A stretch of DNA of 64,000 nucleotides, from the NCBI GenBank assembly GCA_017303635.1, contig JAFLCG010000002.1:156918-220917 (forward strand). The letters are read 5' to 3'. A program made the translations under genes and the position numbers. The notes beneath the pieces are model-generated. The model had not been told where the DNA came from. It saw nothing but the letters and a program-made list of their open reading frames with translations, and did not search any database. The stretch is from Anaerolineae bacterium. Lineage in GTDB: Bacteria > Chloroflexota > Anaerolineae > Aggregatilineales > Phototrophicaceae. The stretch's first letter is position 1; each line of letters starts with the position of its first letter. Below, piece by piece: positions 49,409 through 59,757 of the stretch.

Positions 49409-50575
49409 ATGCGACACTCACGATGGTTATTTGCTGTGCTCCTGGTGCTGCTATCCGCAGCGCTGATTGCGCCAACCCTGGCCCAGGGCATTGAGCCTGA
49501 CCCCGCCACCCCGCTCGACCCGAACGCCAACATCAGTTGGCCGCCGCCGGTCTATGTCCTGCGTGGACAATTTGAACTGCGCGGTTCGGCCAATCTGCCG
49601 AACATGACCAACTACTTCATCGAGTACCGCCCGGTGAGCGCCGACCTGGTCAATCTGCCGGATGAGAGTGTGCCGTGGCAGCCAGCCACTCTGCCGAGCG
49701 CCTCCGCCGTCTCCAACGATGTACTGGGTGTTTGGGATACCCGGTTGACGGATGACGGTCTGTACGAGCTGCGCCTGACGATCAATGTGCGCGGTGGGCA
49801 GCCCGTGTACTTCCGGTTAGCGCCGGTGCGGGTGGAGAATAATCCGCCGCCCTTTGCCGTCATCGCCACCCCGACTCAACTGCCGGTGGCCCTGCCGACC
49901 CTGTTACCCACCCCGACCGCTTTTGATCCGTCACCGCGGGTGACTGCCCGCCTGAATGCCAACGTCCGCCAGGGTGACAGCACCTTCTACGGTACTGTGG
50001 GCGCCTTGCTCAATGGCACCAGCGCACCGATTATCGGCATCAGCACGACCGGTTCGGGCTGGTTCCTGATCCAGTTGGACGACGGAAAGCGTGGCTGGAT
50101 TTCCCCGACGGTAGTGGATGTCAGCGGGGATCTGCGCCAGGTACCTTCGGTAGAACCGCCGCCGCCCCCGCCGCCGACGGCGACCCCCATCCCGCCGACT
50201 CCGGTCAGCGCGGTCAATCTGGTCGCAGGCAACTTCCGCTTCGATCCCTCGTCGCCAGTCTGCAACCAGACCTTCAATGTGTACATTGATGTGGCGAACT
50301 TCGGCACGGCCACCAGCCCCGGCGGCTTCATCGGGATACAGGATGTGCGCCGGTTGGATGGTACTCCGCAGGGTTCGACGGTCGGCTCCTTCGGCCCGAT
50401 TGCCCCTGGTCAGACCGTCAACATCGGCCCGATCCCGATCACCATCAGCACCTGGTACAACGAAGAACATACGCTGACCATGACGGTGGACGGTGCCAAC
50501 CAGATCGCCGAGACCAACGAAACCGATAATGTGCGGCAGGCGATTTACATCCTGCAGCGCGGCACCTGCCCGTAA
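49409..50575 (+). CDS. Secreted protein with SH3b-like and C-terminal CARDB-like domains
   Basis: Signal peptide MRHSRWLFAVLLVLLSAALIAPTLAQG. SH3b-like NANVRQGDS...GWFLIQLDDGKRGWIS, a Pro-rich linker, and CARDB-like NVYIDVANFGTATS...ETNETDN. Confidence 0.6.
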   Translation: MRHSRWLFAVLLVLLSAALIAPTLAQGIEPDPATPLDPNANISWPPPVYVLRGQFELRGSANLPNMTNYFIEYRPVSADLVNLPDESVPWQPATLPSASAVSNDVLGVWDTRLTDDGLYELRLTINVRGGQPVYFRLAPVRVENNPPPFAVIATPTQLPVALPTLLPTPTAFDPSPRVTARLNANVRQGDSTFYGTVGALLNGTSAPIIGISTTGSGWFLIQLDDGKRGWISPTVVDVSGDLRQVPSVEPPPPPPPTATPIPPTPVSAVNLVAGNFRFDPSSPVCNQTFNVYIDVANFGTATSPGGFIGIQDVRRLDGTPQGSTVGSFGPIAPGQTVNIGPIPITISTWYNEEHTLTMTVDGANQIAETNETDNVRQAIYILQRGTCP

Positions 50576-50591
50576 GGCTTCCTGAATCGTG

Positions 50592-50634
50592 AACGTCCTC
50601 GCTGCGATTATTCGCAGCGAGGACGTTTTGTTTA
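50592..50634 (+). terminator. Rho-independent terminator
   Basis: A 16-bp perfect stem aacgtcctcgctgcga-ttat-tcgcagcgaggacgtt followed by ttgttt. Confidence 0.85.
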
Positions 50635-50698
50635 TGGGATTGGGTCTGCCGTCCAATCCCAACCTGCCCCCAACTTTGCAAATGCCGGGCCGATTTCC

Positions 50699-50728
50699 TT
50701 GACAAGCCGCTGGACAGCATGTTATACA
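50699..50728 (+). promoter_or_regulatory. Sigma70-like promoter candidate
   Basis: TTGACA (50699-50704), then 17-18 nt, then TTATAC/TATACA (50722-50728). Confidence 0.4.
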
Positions 50729-50890
50729 CAGCGCGTTCGCCTGATCAAACGGTGTAAAATCTGTGTTCAGTCTTCACCCCATGTGTATGTGTTGTTGTAC
50801 CACTGACCGACCGGTCAAGGGGGTGTTGATCTGCTGCCAGGTGCTGGACACATAAATCCACAAGTACCGTGACAGATCAATCGTGTCGTG

Positions 50891-50916
50891 AACCCCTAAC
50901 AAGGGGTTTTTTGTTT
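50891..50916 (+). terminator. Terminator-like hairpin 35 nt upstream of the ABC operon start (attenuator or sRNA 3' end)
   Basis: aacccct-aaca-aggggtt followed by TTTTTG. Confidence 0.5.
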
Positions 50917-50950
50917 CCTGTGGGTCCATCCGCAAAAGGAGTTCTTGTCT

Positions 50951-52027
50951 ATGTCGTCGTTCCGCAAATATCTGCTCGTGTTTGTCACCTTCGCCCTCGC
51001 ATTAGTCAGCGTTGGCACGCTGGCCTTCGCCCAGGATGAGGTGGTCATCCCTGACCGCTTCAACAACGCCGATGATCCGGTGGAAATCGCGTTGGTGCGC
51101 TTCATCGGGGATGGCGCTTTTATGGCGCGCTACCTGGCAGGTGCTGAATCGCAGGCGGAAGAACTGGGTATCAACATTACCGAGTACAACGCCCGCAATG
51201 ACCAGGCGCAGTTCGTCACCCTGCTGGAACAGGCCATCCAGCAGCAGCCGGATGCCATCATCATCAGCCACGGCACCACCGATGTCGTCCAGCCCTACAT
51301 TGAGCAGGCTGAGGCCGCTGGCATCCCAGTGGTCACGTTCGATACGGTCGTCAACAGCAATGTGGTGCCGGAAATCGAGCAGGACGACCTCCTGATCGGC
51401 TTCGACCTGACCCGCCATGTGGCGATTGAATACGGTGGCAATGCCAACGTCCTGTACCTGAATATCGCCGGTTTCCCGCCGCTGGATAAGCGTGACCGTT
51501 CCTACCAGAACTTCCTGTGGCGCTACCCGAACTTCGTCCAGGTGGCGCAGGTGGGTGTGTACGTTGAAGGCGGCACCGCTGCCGAGACTCAGACCCGCGT
51601 GGAAGCAGCCCTGACCGAAAATCCGAACGTCAACGTGGTCATCGCCATGTGGGATGAACTGGCAAAGGGTGCCGTCCGCGCCATCGAGCAGCTGGGGCTT
51701 TCCGAACAGATCAAGGTCTACTCGGTCGATGTCTCGGACGAAAACATTCAGCTCATGCGGGAAGACGGCAGCCCCTGGGAAGCAACCATGGCTACCGACC
51801 CGTACAATACCGCCCGGGTCGCGGTTCGTAGCGCGGTCGCCCGCATCGGTGGGGAGACCGTCCCCAAGTATCTGCTGATTGAGCCGACTCTCATCACCCG
51901 TGATTTTGTGTTGGAGAATAACGTCACCAACATGGATGAGCTGATTGTGGCGCTGCCCTCGCTGGGCGAAAGCGAACTATCCTGGTATCCCTGGATTCGG
52001 GCGCTGGCGGAGCGCAACGCCGGGTAA
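50951..52027 (+). CDS. Sugar ABC transporter substrate-binding protein (RbsB/LacI-type PBP fold)
   Basis: ATG follows AGGAG. Signal peptide, then a PBP type-I pattern. Followed by ATPase and permease genes. Confidence 0.85.
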   Translation: MSSFRKYLLVFVTFALALVSVGTLAFAQDEVVIPDRFNNADDPVEIALVRFIGDGAFMARYLAGAESQAEELGINITEYNARNDQAQFVTLLEQAIQQQPDAIIISHGTTDVVQPYIEQAEAAGIPVVTFDTVVNSNVVPEIEQDDLLIGFDLTRHVAIEYGGNANVLYLNIAGFPPLDKRDRSYQNFLWRYPNFVQVAQVGVYVEGGTAAETQTRVEAALTENPNVNVVIAMWDELAKGAVRAIEQLGLSEQIKVYSVDVSDENIQLMREDGSPWEATMATDPYNTARVAVRSAVARIGGETVPKYLLIEPTLITRDFVLENNVTNMDELIVALPSLGESELSWYPWIRALAERNAG

Positions 52028-52111
52028 GATAATCAGGCCAAATTAGCGATAGTATAGGCACGCCATCCATCACGGTTTGGCGTGCCGTGGTTTTTATGCC
52101 AGAAGGTTTAC

Positions 52112-53629
52112 ATGGCGATACAAGGGCTTCAAGCTGTTGGGCTAGGCAAACGCTTTCCGGGCATCATCGCGCTGGATGATGTGTCGCTGCATCTGCAACC
52201 GGGGCAGGTGATGGCGCTGGTAGGTGCCAATGGGGCCGGGAAAAGCACGCTCATCAAAATATTGACCGGATATTACGACAGCTATGAGGGCCGGATCGAG
52301 ATTGACGGGCAGGGGGTTCAGATTCATCAGCCCAAGGATGCCGCACGAGTCGGTATCCAGGCGGTCTACCAGGAAGTGGATTCCGTCCTGGTGCCCAGCC
52401 TGACCATCAGCGAAAACCTGTTGATGAACCAGCTTGTGACCATCCCAAACCCGCTGCTGAGTTGGTCAGCCCTACATCGGCAGGCGGAAGCCGTACTGGC
52501 CCAGGTGGGGTTGGATCTCGATGTGCGCCGCCGCGTCGAAGATCTCGTCCTGCATGAGAAGCAAATGCTGGTGATTGCGCGGGCGGTCTCCCAACAGGTC
52601 AAATACCTGATCTTTGATGAACCGACGACCTCCCTCAGCCTGCCTGAAGTCGAGCGGTTGTTCGTCATCATCCGGCGGCTGAAAGCGCAGGGTGTGGGTA
52701 TTCTCTACATCTCCCATCGGTTGATGGAGGTTTCGGCGCTGGCGGATGAGATCACCGTCCTGCGAAACGGTCGCAAGATCACACAATTCCCGGTTGCCGA
52801 ATTTGATTTCGCCCGCGTGAGCGAAGCCATGCTCGGCAGCGCCATTCAGGATATCTACCCCGCGAAGGCTGCCAGTCCGCCGGGGGAAGTCGTCCTGACG
52901 GCAACGGACTTGACTCGCCGGGGCAAGCTCAAGGCCGTGAGCCTGGTGGCTCGTCAGGGTGAAATCCTGGGCATTGCCGGGTTGGTTGGAGCCGGTAAAA
53001 CGGAACTGCTGCGGGCACTGTTCGGTGCGGATGGACTCGAGAGCGGTCAGCTTGCCATTGATGGTAAACCCGTCACCTTGACGACTCCCCGGCAGGCAGT
53101 CCAGCAGGGAGTCTATCTGGTGCCGGAGGAACGGCGGTCGCAGGGTGTGCTGCTGGAAGAAAAGATACGCCAGAATATCAGCCTGCCTTTTCTGAGCCAG
53201 TTCAGCCGTATCCTGGGACTCATTGACCAGCTGCGCGAGCGGTCCCACGCCGTCAACCTGATTGATCGGCTGGGGATCACGCCGCCCAATACCGAGGCCG
53301 AAGTCAGCAACCTGAGCGGTGGCAATCAACAGAAGGTTGTCATCGGCAAATGGCTCACCGGCCGACCCCGTGTGGTCATGTTCGACGAAGCCACCCAGGG
53401 CATTGATGTCAAAGCCAAGCAGGATGTGTATGCCATCGCCCGTGAGCTGGCCCATTCGGCAGCCGTCATCTATGCGGCATCCGATATTGACGAGGTGATT
53501 GGGATTGCTGACCGCATCATCGTCATGCACGATGGCGCGATCGTGGCAGCGTTTGAAGCAGATGCCTTTGACCGTAACCTGATTCTGGAATACGCGACTG
53601 GAACGAGAGAGAAAGAAACGCATGACTGA
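52112..53629 (+). CDS. Sugar ABC transporter ATP-binding protein, duplicated ABC domains (RbsA/MglA-like)
   Basis: GANGAGKST, Walker B LIFDEPT, second domain GLVGAGKTE, LSGGNQQK and VMFDEAT. Confidence 0.9.
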   Translation: MAIQGLQAVGLGKRFPGIIALDDVSLHLQPGQVMALVGANGAGKSTLIKILTGYYDSYEGRIEIDGQGVQIHQPKDAARVGIQAVYQEVDSVLVPSLTISENLLMNQLVTIPNPLLSWSALHRQAEAVLAQVGLDLDVRRRVEDLVLHEKQMLVIARAVSQQVKYLIFDEPTTSLSLPEVERLFVIIRRLKAQGVGILYISHRLMEVSALADEITVLRNGRKITQFPVAEFDFARVSEAMLGSAIQDIYPAKAASPPGEVVLTATDLTRRGKLKAVSLVARQGEILGIAGLVGAGKTELLRALFGADGLESGQLAIDGKPVTLTTPRQAVQQGVYLVPEERRSQGVLLEEKIRQNISLPFLSQFSRILGLIDQLRERSHAVNLIDRLGITPPNTEAEVSNLSGGNQQKVVIGKWLTGRPRVVMFDEATQGIDVKAKQDVYAIARELAHSAAVIYAASDIDEVIGIADRIIVMHDGAIVAAFEADAFDRNLILEYATGTREKETHD

Positions 53630-54686
53630 CCTGGCCCCATCAGCATCCATCCCGCCTGAACCCCGCTCCGAGCATATTCGGGGGCTGATCTACGACTTCA
53701 TCATCAAGTACGGCATGTTGGTCGCCATCGGCATTCTGATTCTGTTCTTCAGCACGCAGAACGAGGCCTTCCTCACGCTGAATAACCTGCTGCTCATCGC
53801 CCGTGCGGTCTCCATCCTGTGTATTGTCGCTATCGGTGTGACCATCTCCGTCAGCGTCGATGGCTTTGATGTGTCTGTCGGTGCCGTCACGGGCTTATCC
53901 GTGCTGCTCTCCACCTCGCTGATGGTCATCTGGAATGTGGAGTGGTATCTCGCCATCCTCATCACGCTGGGGGCCGGGCTGCTGGTGGGGCTGATCAACG
54001 CTTTCTTCATCATCAAGCTGCGTATTCCGGATTTGCTGGCGACGCTGGGGATGTTGTATCTGGCGCAGGGTGCCCAGCTCATGCTCACCCAGGGTGAGTC
54101 CGTCTTTCGCGGGATGTTCAACCCCTGGGCGACCGAGCGCGTGCAGACCACGGGCGATATTACCGATGCCTTCAAACAGATCGGGCAGGGATTCGTCTTT
54201 GGCAGTGAGGGTTTTAACGGGATTCCCATCCCCATCATCATCATGCTGGTGATTGCCATCAGCGTGCATGTCTTCCTGCAATACACCCGCTGGGGACGGA
54301 TGTTTTACGCGGTGGGCGGCAACCGGGAGGCAGCACGGCTTTCCGGCGTTCCCATCCATCGCGTGCGCCTGTTGGCTTACCTCCTGAGCGCACTGCTGGC
54401 GACCATCGCCGGGATTGTGCTGGCCTCGCGCATCGGTTCCGGCGCCATCCGGGCGGGTGACCCCTATCTGCTGGATGCCGTCGCGGCCACCTTCTTCGGC
54501 TTCGCGGTGCTGGGTGCGCGCCGCCCGAATGTCTTTGGCACCGTGATTGGAGCCCTGTTCGTCGGCATCATGCTGAACGGGCTGACCATGATGGATGTCG
54601 AGTGGTTCTTCCAGGACTTCATCAAAGGGTTCGTGCTGATTGCCTCGCTGGCGATGAGCTTCTTCCTCGTCAAGCGCACCCGCTAG
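53622..54686 (+). CDS. Sugar ABC transporter permease (RbsC-like)
   Basis: About 9-10 TM segments, FYAVGGNREAARLSGV motif, 8-nt overlap with the ATPase gene. Confidence 0.9.
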   Translation: MTDLAPSASIPPEPRSEHIRGLIYDFIIKYGMLVAIGILILFFSTQNEAFLTLNNLLLIARAVSILCIVAIGVTISVSVDGFDVSVGAVTGLSVLLSTSLMVIWNVEWYLAILITLGAGLLVGLINAFFIIKLRIPDLLATLGMLYLAQGAQLMLTQGESVFRGMFNPWATERVQTTGDITDAFKQIGQGFVFGSEGFNGIPIPIIIMLVIAISVHVFLQYTRWGRMFYAVGGNREAARLSGVPIHRVRLLAYLLSALLATIAGIVLASRIGSGAIRAGDPYLLDAVAATFFGFAVLGARRPNVFGTVIGALFVGIMLNGLTMMDVEWFFQDFIKGFVLIASLAMSFFLVKRTR

Positions 54687-54712
54687 GGCAGATACTCACC
54701 ATAAATTGTGTC

Positions 54713-54734
54713 GTGGACGCGCTGTTGCGCGTCC
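54713..54734. repeat. Degenerate REP-like hairpin; likely shared terminator of the permease gene and the ancestral carB end
   Basis: GTGGACGCGCTGTTGCGCGTCC. Confidence 0.5.
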
Positions 54735-54780
54735 GAAACATACGATGACCTGCTTTAGGTTGGTTCAGTGACGAACGACT

Positions 54781-54836
54781 ACCCCCAGTGATGCGTCTGC
54801 AAGCTCCGCACGCGCAACGGCTTCTGCCGCACCGAC
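54781..54836 (-). repeat. Orphan copy of the last 18 codons + stop of carB (direct repeat, copy 1)
   Basis: 54 of 56 nt are identical to 56285-56340. The minus strand reads [21 protein letters not shown]. Confidence 0.9.
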
Positions 54837-54872
54837 TTTCAGTTCGATCCAGCTGTCGATATGGTTTCATCT

Positions 54873-55784
54873 TTAGGGCACCGGATCGGCAAACCACCCG
54901 ACCACCTCATTTGCTGCCAGATTAAGCCGATAGCCGACCCATTCGTTCAGATCGAGGATGTAGACAAAGCCTTCATCATATTGACCAATACTCACCGCAA
55001 CTTGCTCCGCGGAGGGTGAGATAGCAAATTGAAAGCGGGTATCAATACAAGTGTCATAGATTTGTTGTAGCGCAGAGTCAAATACATAAACCGGGTGTGG
55101 CCAGGTATCGTAATCGGCAAACACTCGCATAGGAATGCCATCGTTGTTCGTATTGGCAGGGGAGTTCGTAAGCAAACCCCAGATCACATTGGCTGACTGT
55201 GAAAATTCCGCTGCTTGATCTGTATCAACAGGTAGTATTTCAGCAGTGAAGGGGTTGTAAATGTAGTCTCCAAGCCGTCGGTCTACTGCTGAGGCAGGCA
55301 CTATCGCAAAGCGTTGATTGTCTAGCCAATAGATGCCGCTGAACAATGCTGTGCGGGAAATGCCAGCAAAAGCATTTTCTTCATATGGGACCCGGTAGGA
55401 TTCAGTAGATGGAATTGTGGAAACGACTTTGATGCCGGTCGCACGATAAACCGAGTTGACCATCCCATACGAGAGCAGTCTACCAACAGGTATTGCAAAC
55501 CACTGTCCATCCGGGGAAAACGAGCCGGAACTAGCGAACTCTGATTGGCTATCGAAGGCGATGTAATAGCGCGTGGGGAAATCAGATCGGAAGCCGTGTA
55601 CACCATCTCTAAGTCGATAGGTGACAATGGTTCCCTCAAATGTCCATTCATCAGGCGGTTCCCGCAGGTCGGTGAGGCAGCGTTCGACGATGGGGTATGG
55701 CTCCGGTGTGGTTTCCTGAGCATGAGTGTGGTGAATAGCAAGTGTGGTAATGACTGAAAACAGGATCAATATCAGGTGGCGCAT
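54873..55784 (-). CDS. Secreted hypothetical protein (AT-richer), weak PD40-like motif
   Basis: Signal peptide MRHLILILFSVITTLAIHHTHAQE and FSPDGQWFAI. No catalytic motif recognised. Confidence 0.6.
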   Translation of the reverse strand: MRHLILILFSVITTLAIHHTHAQETTPEPYPIVERCLTDLREPPDEWTFEGTIVTYRLRDGVHGFRSDFPTRYYIAFDSQSEFASSGSFSPDGQWFAIPVGRLLSYGMVNSVYRATGIKVVSTIPSTESYRVPYEENAFAGISRTALFSGIYWLDNQRFAIVPASAVDRRLGDYIYNPFTAEILPVDTDQAAEFSQSANVIWGLLTNSPANTNNDGIPMRVFADYDTWPHPVYVFDSALQQIYDTCIDTRFQFAISPSAEQVAVSIGQYDEGFVYILDLNEWVGYRLNLAANEVVGWFADPVP

Positions 55785-55877
55785 ACTAATTTATCCGAAG
55801 CTGAGATGTGTTGATACGCTTATCGTAGCATCGGATAACCAATCACAACCTGACGTTTGGGCAACGCGAAAGAAACG

Positions 55878-56141
55878 TTATGCGCTCAGGGGGATAACCC
55901 GAACAGGGGTACCAAGCCGCCGCATGAAGTCCTGGCAGATGTCCCAGGTCAGCGGGAACGCAGCCGTATCGGCAGCGGCCAAGTGCGCGATCACATCCCG
56001 CACGAGCGCCGTATCCGATTCGGGTTCGATCCAGCCGTCGATGAAAAACGTCTCTGCCCAATCGACCAGTTGGGCGAGGGTTATCTCACCGTTGAGGTAG
56101 GCGAGGAGTTGGGTACTGACTGTGTGGCGGGTGAGTTTCAT
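55878..56141 (-). CDS. Small acidic hypothetical protein (87 aa)
   Basis: The ORF has a plausible start. No family recognised with confidence; its helical, acidic, Trp-rich composition resembles small immunity-type proteins. Confidence 0.45.
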   Translation of the reverse strand: MKLTRHTVSTQLLAYLNGEITLAQLVDWAETFFIDGWIEPESDTALVRDVIAHLAAADTAAFPLTWDICQDFMRRLGTPVRVIPLSA

Positions 56142-56211
56142 GGTTTAGTCCTCATCACGAGGTTTGATAATTTGATGTCCGGTATCAAGCTGAGTACAAA
56201 TAACATTTGTG

Positions 56212-56239
56212 ACAAAACGGGCGATCCGGTGGATCGCCC
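56212..56239 (-). terminator. Rho-independent terminator downstream of the present carB stop
   Basis: The minus strand reads GGGCGATCC-acc-GGATCGCCC followed by GTTTTGT. Confidence 0.6.
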
Positions 56240-56282
56240 TCCAAATCTGTATTCAATCAGGCTCCGGCTGGATACCCACCAA

Positions 56283-59200
56283 TTACCCCCAGTGATGCGT
56301 CTGCAAGCTCCGCACGCGCAGGGGCTTCTGCCGCACCGACCGGATCGCCTGCACCGCGGCTGCCGCGCCCGTCAGCGTGGTAAAGATCGGTACGCCATAC
56401 GCCACCGCTGCCCCGCGAATCGCGTAGCCATCCGCGTGCGATTGCCCGCCGCGGGGCGTGTAGATAATCAGGTCAATCTCGCCCTGCCGGATCGAGTCGA
56501 TCACAGTGGGGGCGTCTTCGCTGGGCTTGCGGACGACCTCCGCCGTGATGCCCACCTCGCCCAGCGCCTTGGCCGTACCGACCGTCGCCACCAGCTTGAA
56601 CCCTAGCTTGACCAGATCCTGCGCCAGCTTGACCATCGCGTTCACGTCATATGGGTTGACGCTCACCAGCACCGTCCCACTTTGGGGGAGTGGCGCATTG
56701 GCGGCCATCTGCGCCTTGGCAAAGGCATGACCAAAGCTGGAGGCGTGACCCATCACCTCGCCGGTCGAGCGCATCTCCGGCCCCAACCGCGCATCCACGC
56801 CGGGGAACTTCTGGAAAGGCAGCACCACCTCCTTGATGAAGAAGCCATCCACCGGTGGCTCTTCCTCAAAGCCCAACTCGGCTAGAGTCTTCCCAGCAGC
56901 GATCTGCGCGGCATACCCCGGCAGCGGCGCCCCCACCGCCTTGCTCACATACGGCGAGGTCCGGCTGGCCCGCGGATTGACCTCCAGCACATAGACGATC
57001 TCATCCCGCAGCGCGAACTGGATGTTGAACAAGCCCTTGATCTTCAGCGCCTTGCCGATGCGCTCGGTGTATTCGCGGATGATCTCGATGTGGTACAGCG
57101 CCACCTTATACGGCGGCATCACGCAGGCCGAGTCCCCGGAATGCACACCGGCTTCTTCGATCTGCTCCATAATGCCGCCGATGGTGACGTTCTCGCCGTC
57201 GCAGAGTGCATCCACGTCCAGCTCAAAGGCGTCATCCAGGAAGCGGTCAATCAGCACCGGATGCCCGTTCCATTCGATGTGTTTCTCAATCCAGCCCAGC
57301 AGTTCGGCATCATCGAAGACGATACCCATGCCGCGACCGCCCAGCACATAACTCGGCCTGACCAGCACCGGGTAGCCGATGCGGTTAGCAACTGCCAGCG
57401 CCTCCGCCTGATTGAGCGCCGTGCCGCCGTCCGGCTGCGGGATATCCAGTTCAGCCAGCACCGCATTGAACCGCCGCCGGTCCTCCGCCAGATCAATCGT
57501 GTCATAGGACGTGCCGACGATGGGCGCACCGGCTTCATGCAGTTGCCGGGCGATATTCAGCGGGGTTTGACCTCCGAACTGCACCAGCACGCCATCCGGC
57601 TTTTCCGCCTCGATGATGTTCATCACATGCTCGAACGTCAGCGGCTCAAAGTACAGTCGGTCGGCGGTGTCGTAATCCGTACTGACCGTCTCCGGGTTAC
57701 AGTTGATCATGATGGTCTCATAGCCCAACTGCTTGAGCGCGAAGCAGGCATGGACGCAGCAGTAATCGAACTCGATGCCCTGCCCGATGCGGTTGGGTCC
57801 GCCGCCCAGCACGATCATCTTGGGTTTGTCGGTCGGCTCGGATTCATCGCCTTCTTCATAGGTCGAATACAGGTAGGGCGTGTGCGCCTCGAACTCCGCC
57901 GCGCAGGTATCCACCCGGTAGTAACTGGGAATGACGCCCAGCGCCTTGCGTCGCTCCCGCACCTGCATCTCCGGCACATTCAAGAGCTTGGCGATGTGCG
58001 CGTCGGTATAGCCATAGCGTTTGAGCTTGCGGAAGTCCGCCGCATCCAGCCGATCCAGCGTCAGCCCCTTGCGGAGGATAGTGTGCTGGATGCGGATGAT
58101 ATCCGCCATATGCTGCACGAACCAGGGATCAAAGGCGGTCGTCTTGACCACCTCCTCCGGGGACATGCCCTCGAACAGGGCCGACGCCACCTGGAACAAG
58201 CGCTGCGCCGTCGGTACCCCGATCACCTCGGCGCGCGGATCAGCCGGCTTGGCACCGAAGCCCGTCATGCCGATGTCCAACCCGGTGATGGCCTTCTGCA
58301 GCGCCTCTGGGAAGGTGCGCCCAATGGACATGACCTCGCCGATGGCCTTCATCTGCGGCCCCAGCACCGGATCGACTCCCTGGAACTTCTCGAAGTTCCA
58401 GCGCGGGATTTTGACCACCACGTAATCCAGCGACGGTTCAAAGCTGGCGGGTGTCACGCGGGTGATGTCGTTGGGGATTTCATCCAGCGTGAAGCCCACT
58501 GCCAGCAGTGCCGCGATCTTGGCGATGGGGAAGCCGGTCGCCTTGCTCGCCAGCGCCGATGACCGTGACACGCGCGGGTTCATCTCGATCACAAAGACCT
58601 CGCCGGTCGTCGGGCTGATGGCAAACTGCACGTTCGCGCCGCCCGTCGCCAGCCCGACCCGATCCAGCACCACCCGCGCCATATCGCGCAGGCGCTGTAA
58701 CTCGCGGTCGGTGAGGGTCTGCGCCGGGGCGACCGTGATGCTGTCCCCGGTGTGGACGCCCATCGGGTCAAGGTTCTCAATCGAACACACCACCACAAAG
58801 TTCCCCTTGTGGTCGCGCATGACCTCGACTTCAAATTCCTTCCAACCGAGCAGACTCCGGTCGATCAGCACCTGCCCGACCGGACTCAGCTTGATGCCCC
58901 GCGCCGCGATCTCTCGCAGGTCGGCCTCGTTGTAGGCCACCCCGCCGCCGGATCCGCCCAGGGTGAAGGATGGGCGCACCAGCACCGGATACTCCAGCAC
59001 CTGCGCCGCCCGCACCGCCGCCTCCACGTTATCGACTACCTCGCTCGGCGGTGATTTGAGACCGACCTCGGTCATGGCGTCCTTGAACAACTGCCGATCT
59101 TCCGCGAGGCGGATGCTTTCCAGATTCGCGCCGATCAGTTCGATTTGGTGCTTTTCCAGCGTGCCGCGTTCGTGCAGCGCCAGCGCCAGATTGAGCGCCG

Positions 59201-59480
59201 TCTGCCCGCCGACCGTCGGCAGGATGGCATCCGGTTTTTCCTGCTCGATGATGCGCTCGACCATCTCCGGCGTCAGCGGCTCAACATAGGTGGCATCGGC
59301 GAATTCGGGATCGGTCATGATGGTCGCCGGGTTGGAGTTGACCAGCACGATCCGGTAGCCTTCGCGGCGCAGCACCTTGCAGGCCTGCACGCCGGAGTAG
59401 TCGAACTCGCAGCCCTGCCCGATCACAATCGGGCCAGAGCCAATCACCAGAATCGTGTGTAGATCAGTGCGTTTGGGCAT
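56283..59480 (-). CDS. carB: Carbamoyl-phosphate synthase large subunit
   Basis: [30 protein letters not shown], duplicated ATP-grasp halves (second: [17 protein letters not shown]) and a C-terminal MGS-like domain. 1065 aa. Confidence 0.95.
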   Translation of the reverse strand: MPKRTDLHTILVIGSGPIVIGQGCEFDYSGVQACKVLRREGYRIVLVNSNPATIMTDPEFADATYVEPLTPEMVERIIEQEKPDAILPTVGGQTALNLALALHERGTLEKHQIELIGANLESIRLAEDRQLFKDAMTEVGLKSPPSEVVDNVEAAVRAAQVLEYPVLVRPSFTLGGSGGGVAYNEADLREIAARGIKLSPVGQVLIDRSLLGWKEFEVEVMRDHKGNFVVVCSIENLDPMGVHTGDSITVAPAQTLTDRELQRLRDMARVVLDRVGLATGGANVQFAISPTTGEVFVIEMNPRVSRSSALASKATGFPIAKIAALLAVGFTLDEIPNDITRVTPASFEPSLDYVVVKIPRWNFEKFQGVDPVLGPQMKAIGEVMSIGRTFPEALQKAITGLDIGMTGFGAKPADPRAEVIGVPTAQRLFQVASALFEGMSPEEVVKTTAFDPWFVQHMADIIRIQHTILRKGLTLDRLDAADFRKLKRYGYTDAHIAKLLNVPEMQVRERRKALGVIPSYYRVDTCAAEFEAHTPYLYSTYEEGDESEPTDKPKMIVLGGGPNRIGQGIEFDYCCVHACFALKQLGYETIMINCNPETVSTDYDTADRLYFEPLTFEHVMNIIEAEKPDGVLVQFGGQTPLNIARQLHEAGAPIVGTSYDTIDLAEDRRRFNAVLAELDIPQPDGGTALNQAEALAVANRIGYPVLVRPSYVLGGRGMGIVFDDAELLGWIEKHIEWNGHPVLIDRFLDDAFELDVDALCDGENVTIGGIMEQIEEAGVHSGDSACVMPPYKVALYHIEIIREYTERIGKALKIKGLFNIQFALRDEIVYVLEVNPRASRTSPYVSKAVGAPLPGYAAQIAAGKTLAELGFEEEPPVDGFFIKEVVLPFQKFPGVDARLGPEMRSTGEVMGHASSFGHAFAKAQMAANAPLPQSGTVLVSVNPYDVNAMVKLAQDLVKLGFKLVATVGTAKALGEVGITAEVVRKPSEDAPTVIDSIRQGEIDLIIYTPRGGQSHADGYAIRGAAVAYGVPIFTTLTGAAAAVQAIRSVRQKPLRVRSLQTHHWG
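56285..56340 (-). repeat. carB 3'-terminal 56 nt (direct repeat, copy 2; the functional gene end)
   Basis: See 54781-54836. The two differences are synonymous (CCC/CCG Pro, CTG/TTG Leu). The stops, which lie outside the 56 nt, are TAA here and TAG in copy 1. Confidence 0.9.
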
Positions 59481-59524
59481 GGGGGATAGGTCCTCAACAG
59501 GGTGCGTATGCTGCGCCGACCGCC

Positions 59525-59615
59525 TTCCCCCTCTCCAGCGATCCGACTCTCACCGCGTCTTATCCTTCAGCAGCAGGAGGGTCGCGGCGGGAGAGGGGGC
59601 CAGGGGGTGAGGCGG
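59525..59615 (+). repeat. MITE-like inverted-repeat element, copy flanking the TIR island (left)
   Basis: cccctctccagcgatccgactc...gggtcgcggcgggagagggggccagggggtgaggcg. Confidence 0.7.
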
Positions 59616-59709
59616 ATTGGGCTTCTCACCACGAGGATGCTATCCGATTCCGGGCGGGTAATCCAGCGGCGGGGCGTCTGAATCGGGTTGGTCAGGTTGC
59701 ACAGGGCGC

Positions 59710-59745
59710 AAAATCATTGCCGGGACATATTGGGGATGTCCCGGC
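59710..59745 (-). terminator. Terminator of the TIR/PPC operon
   Basis: A 10-bp stem gccgggacat-attgggg-atgtcccggc. The minus strand continues aatgatttt. Confidence 0.55.
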
Positions 59746-59757
59746 TCGACATCGAGA

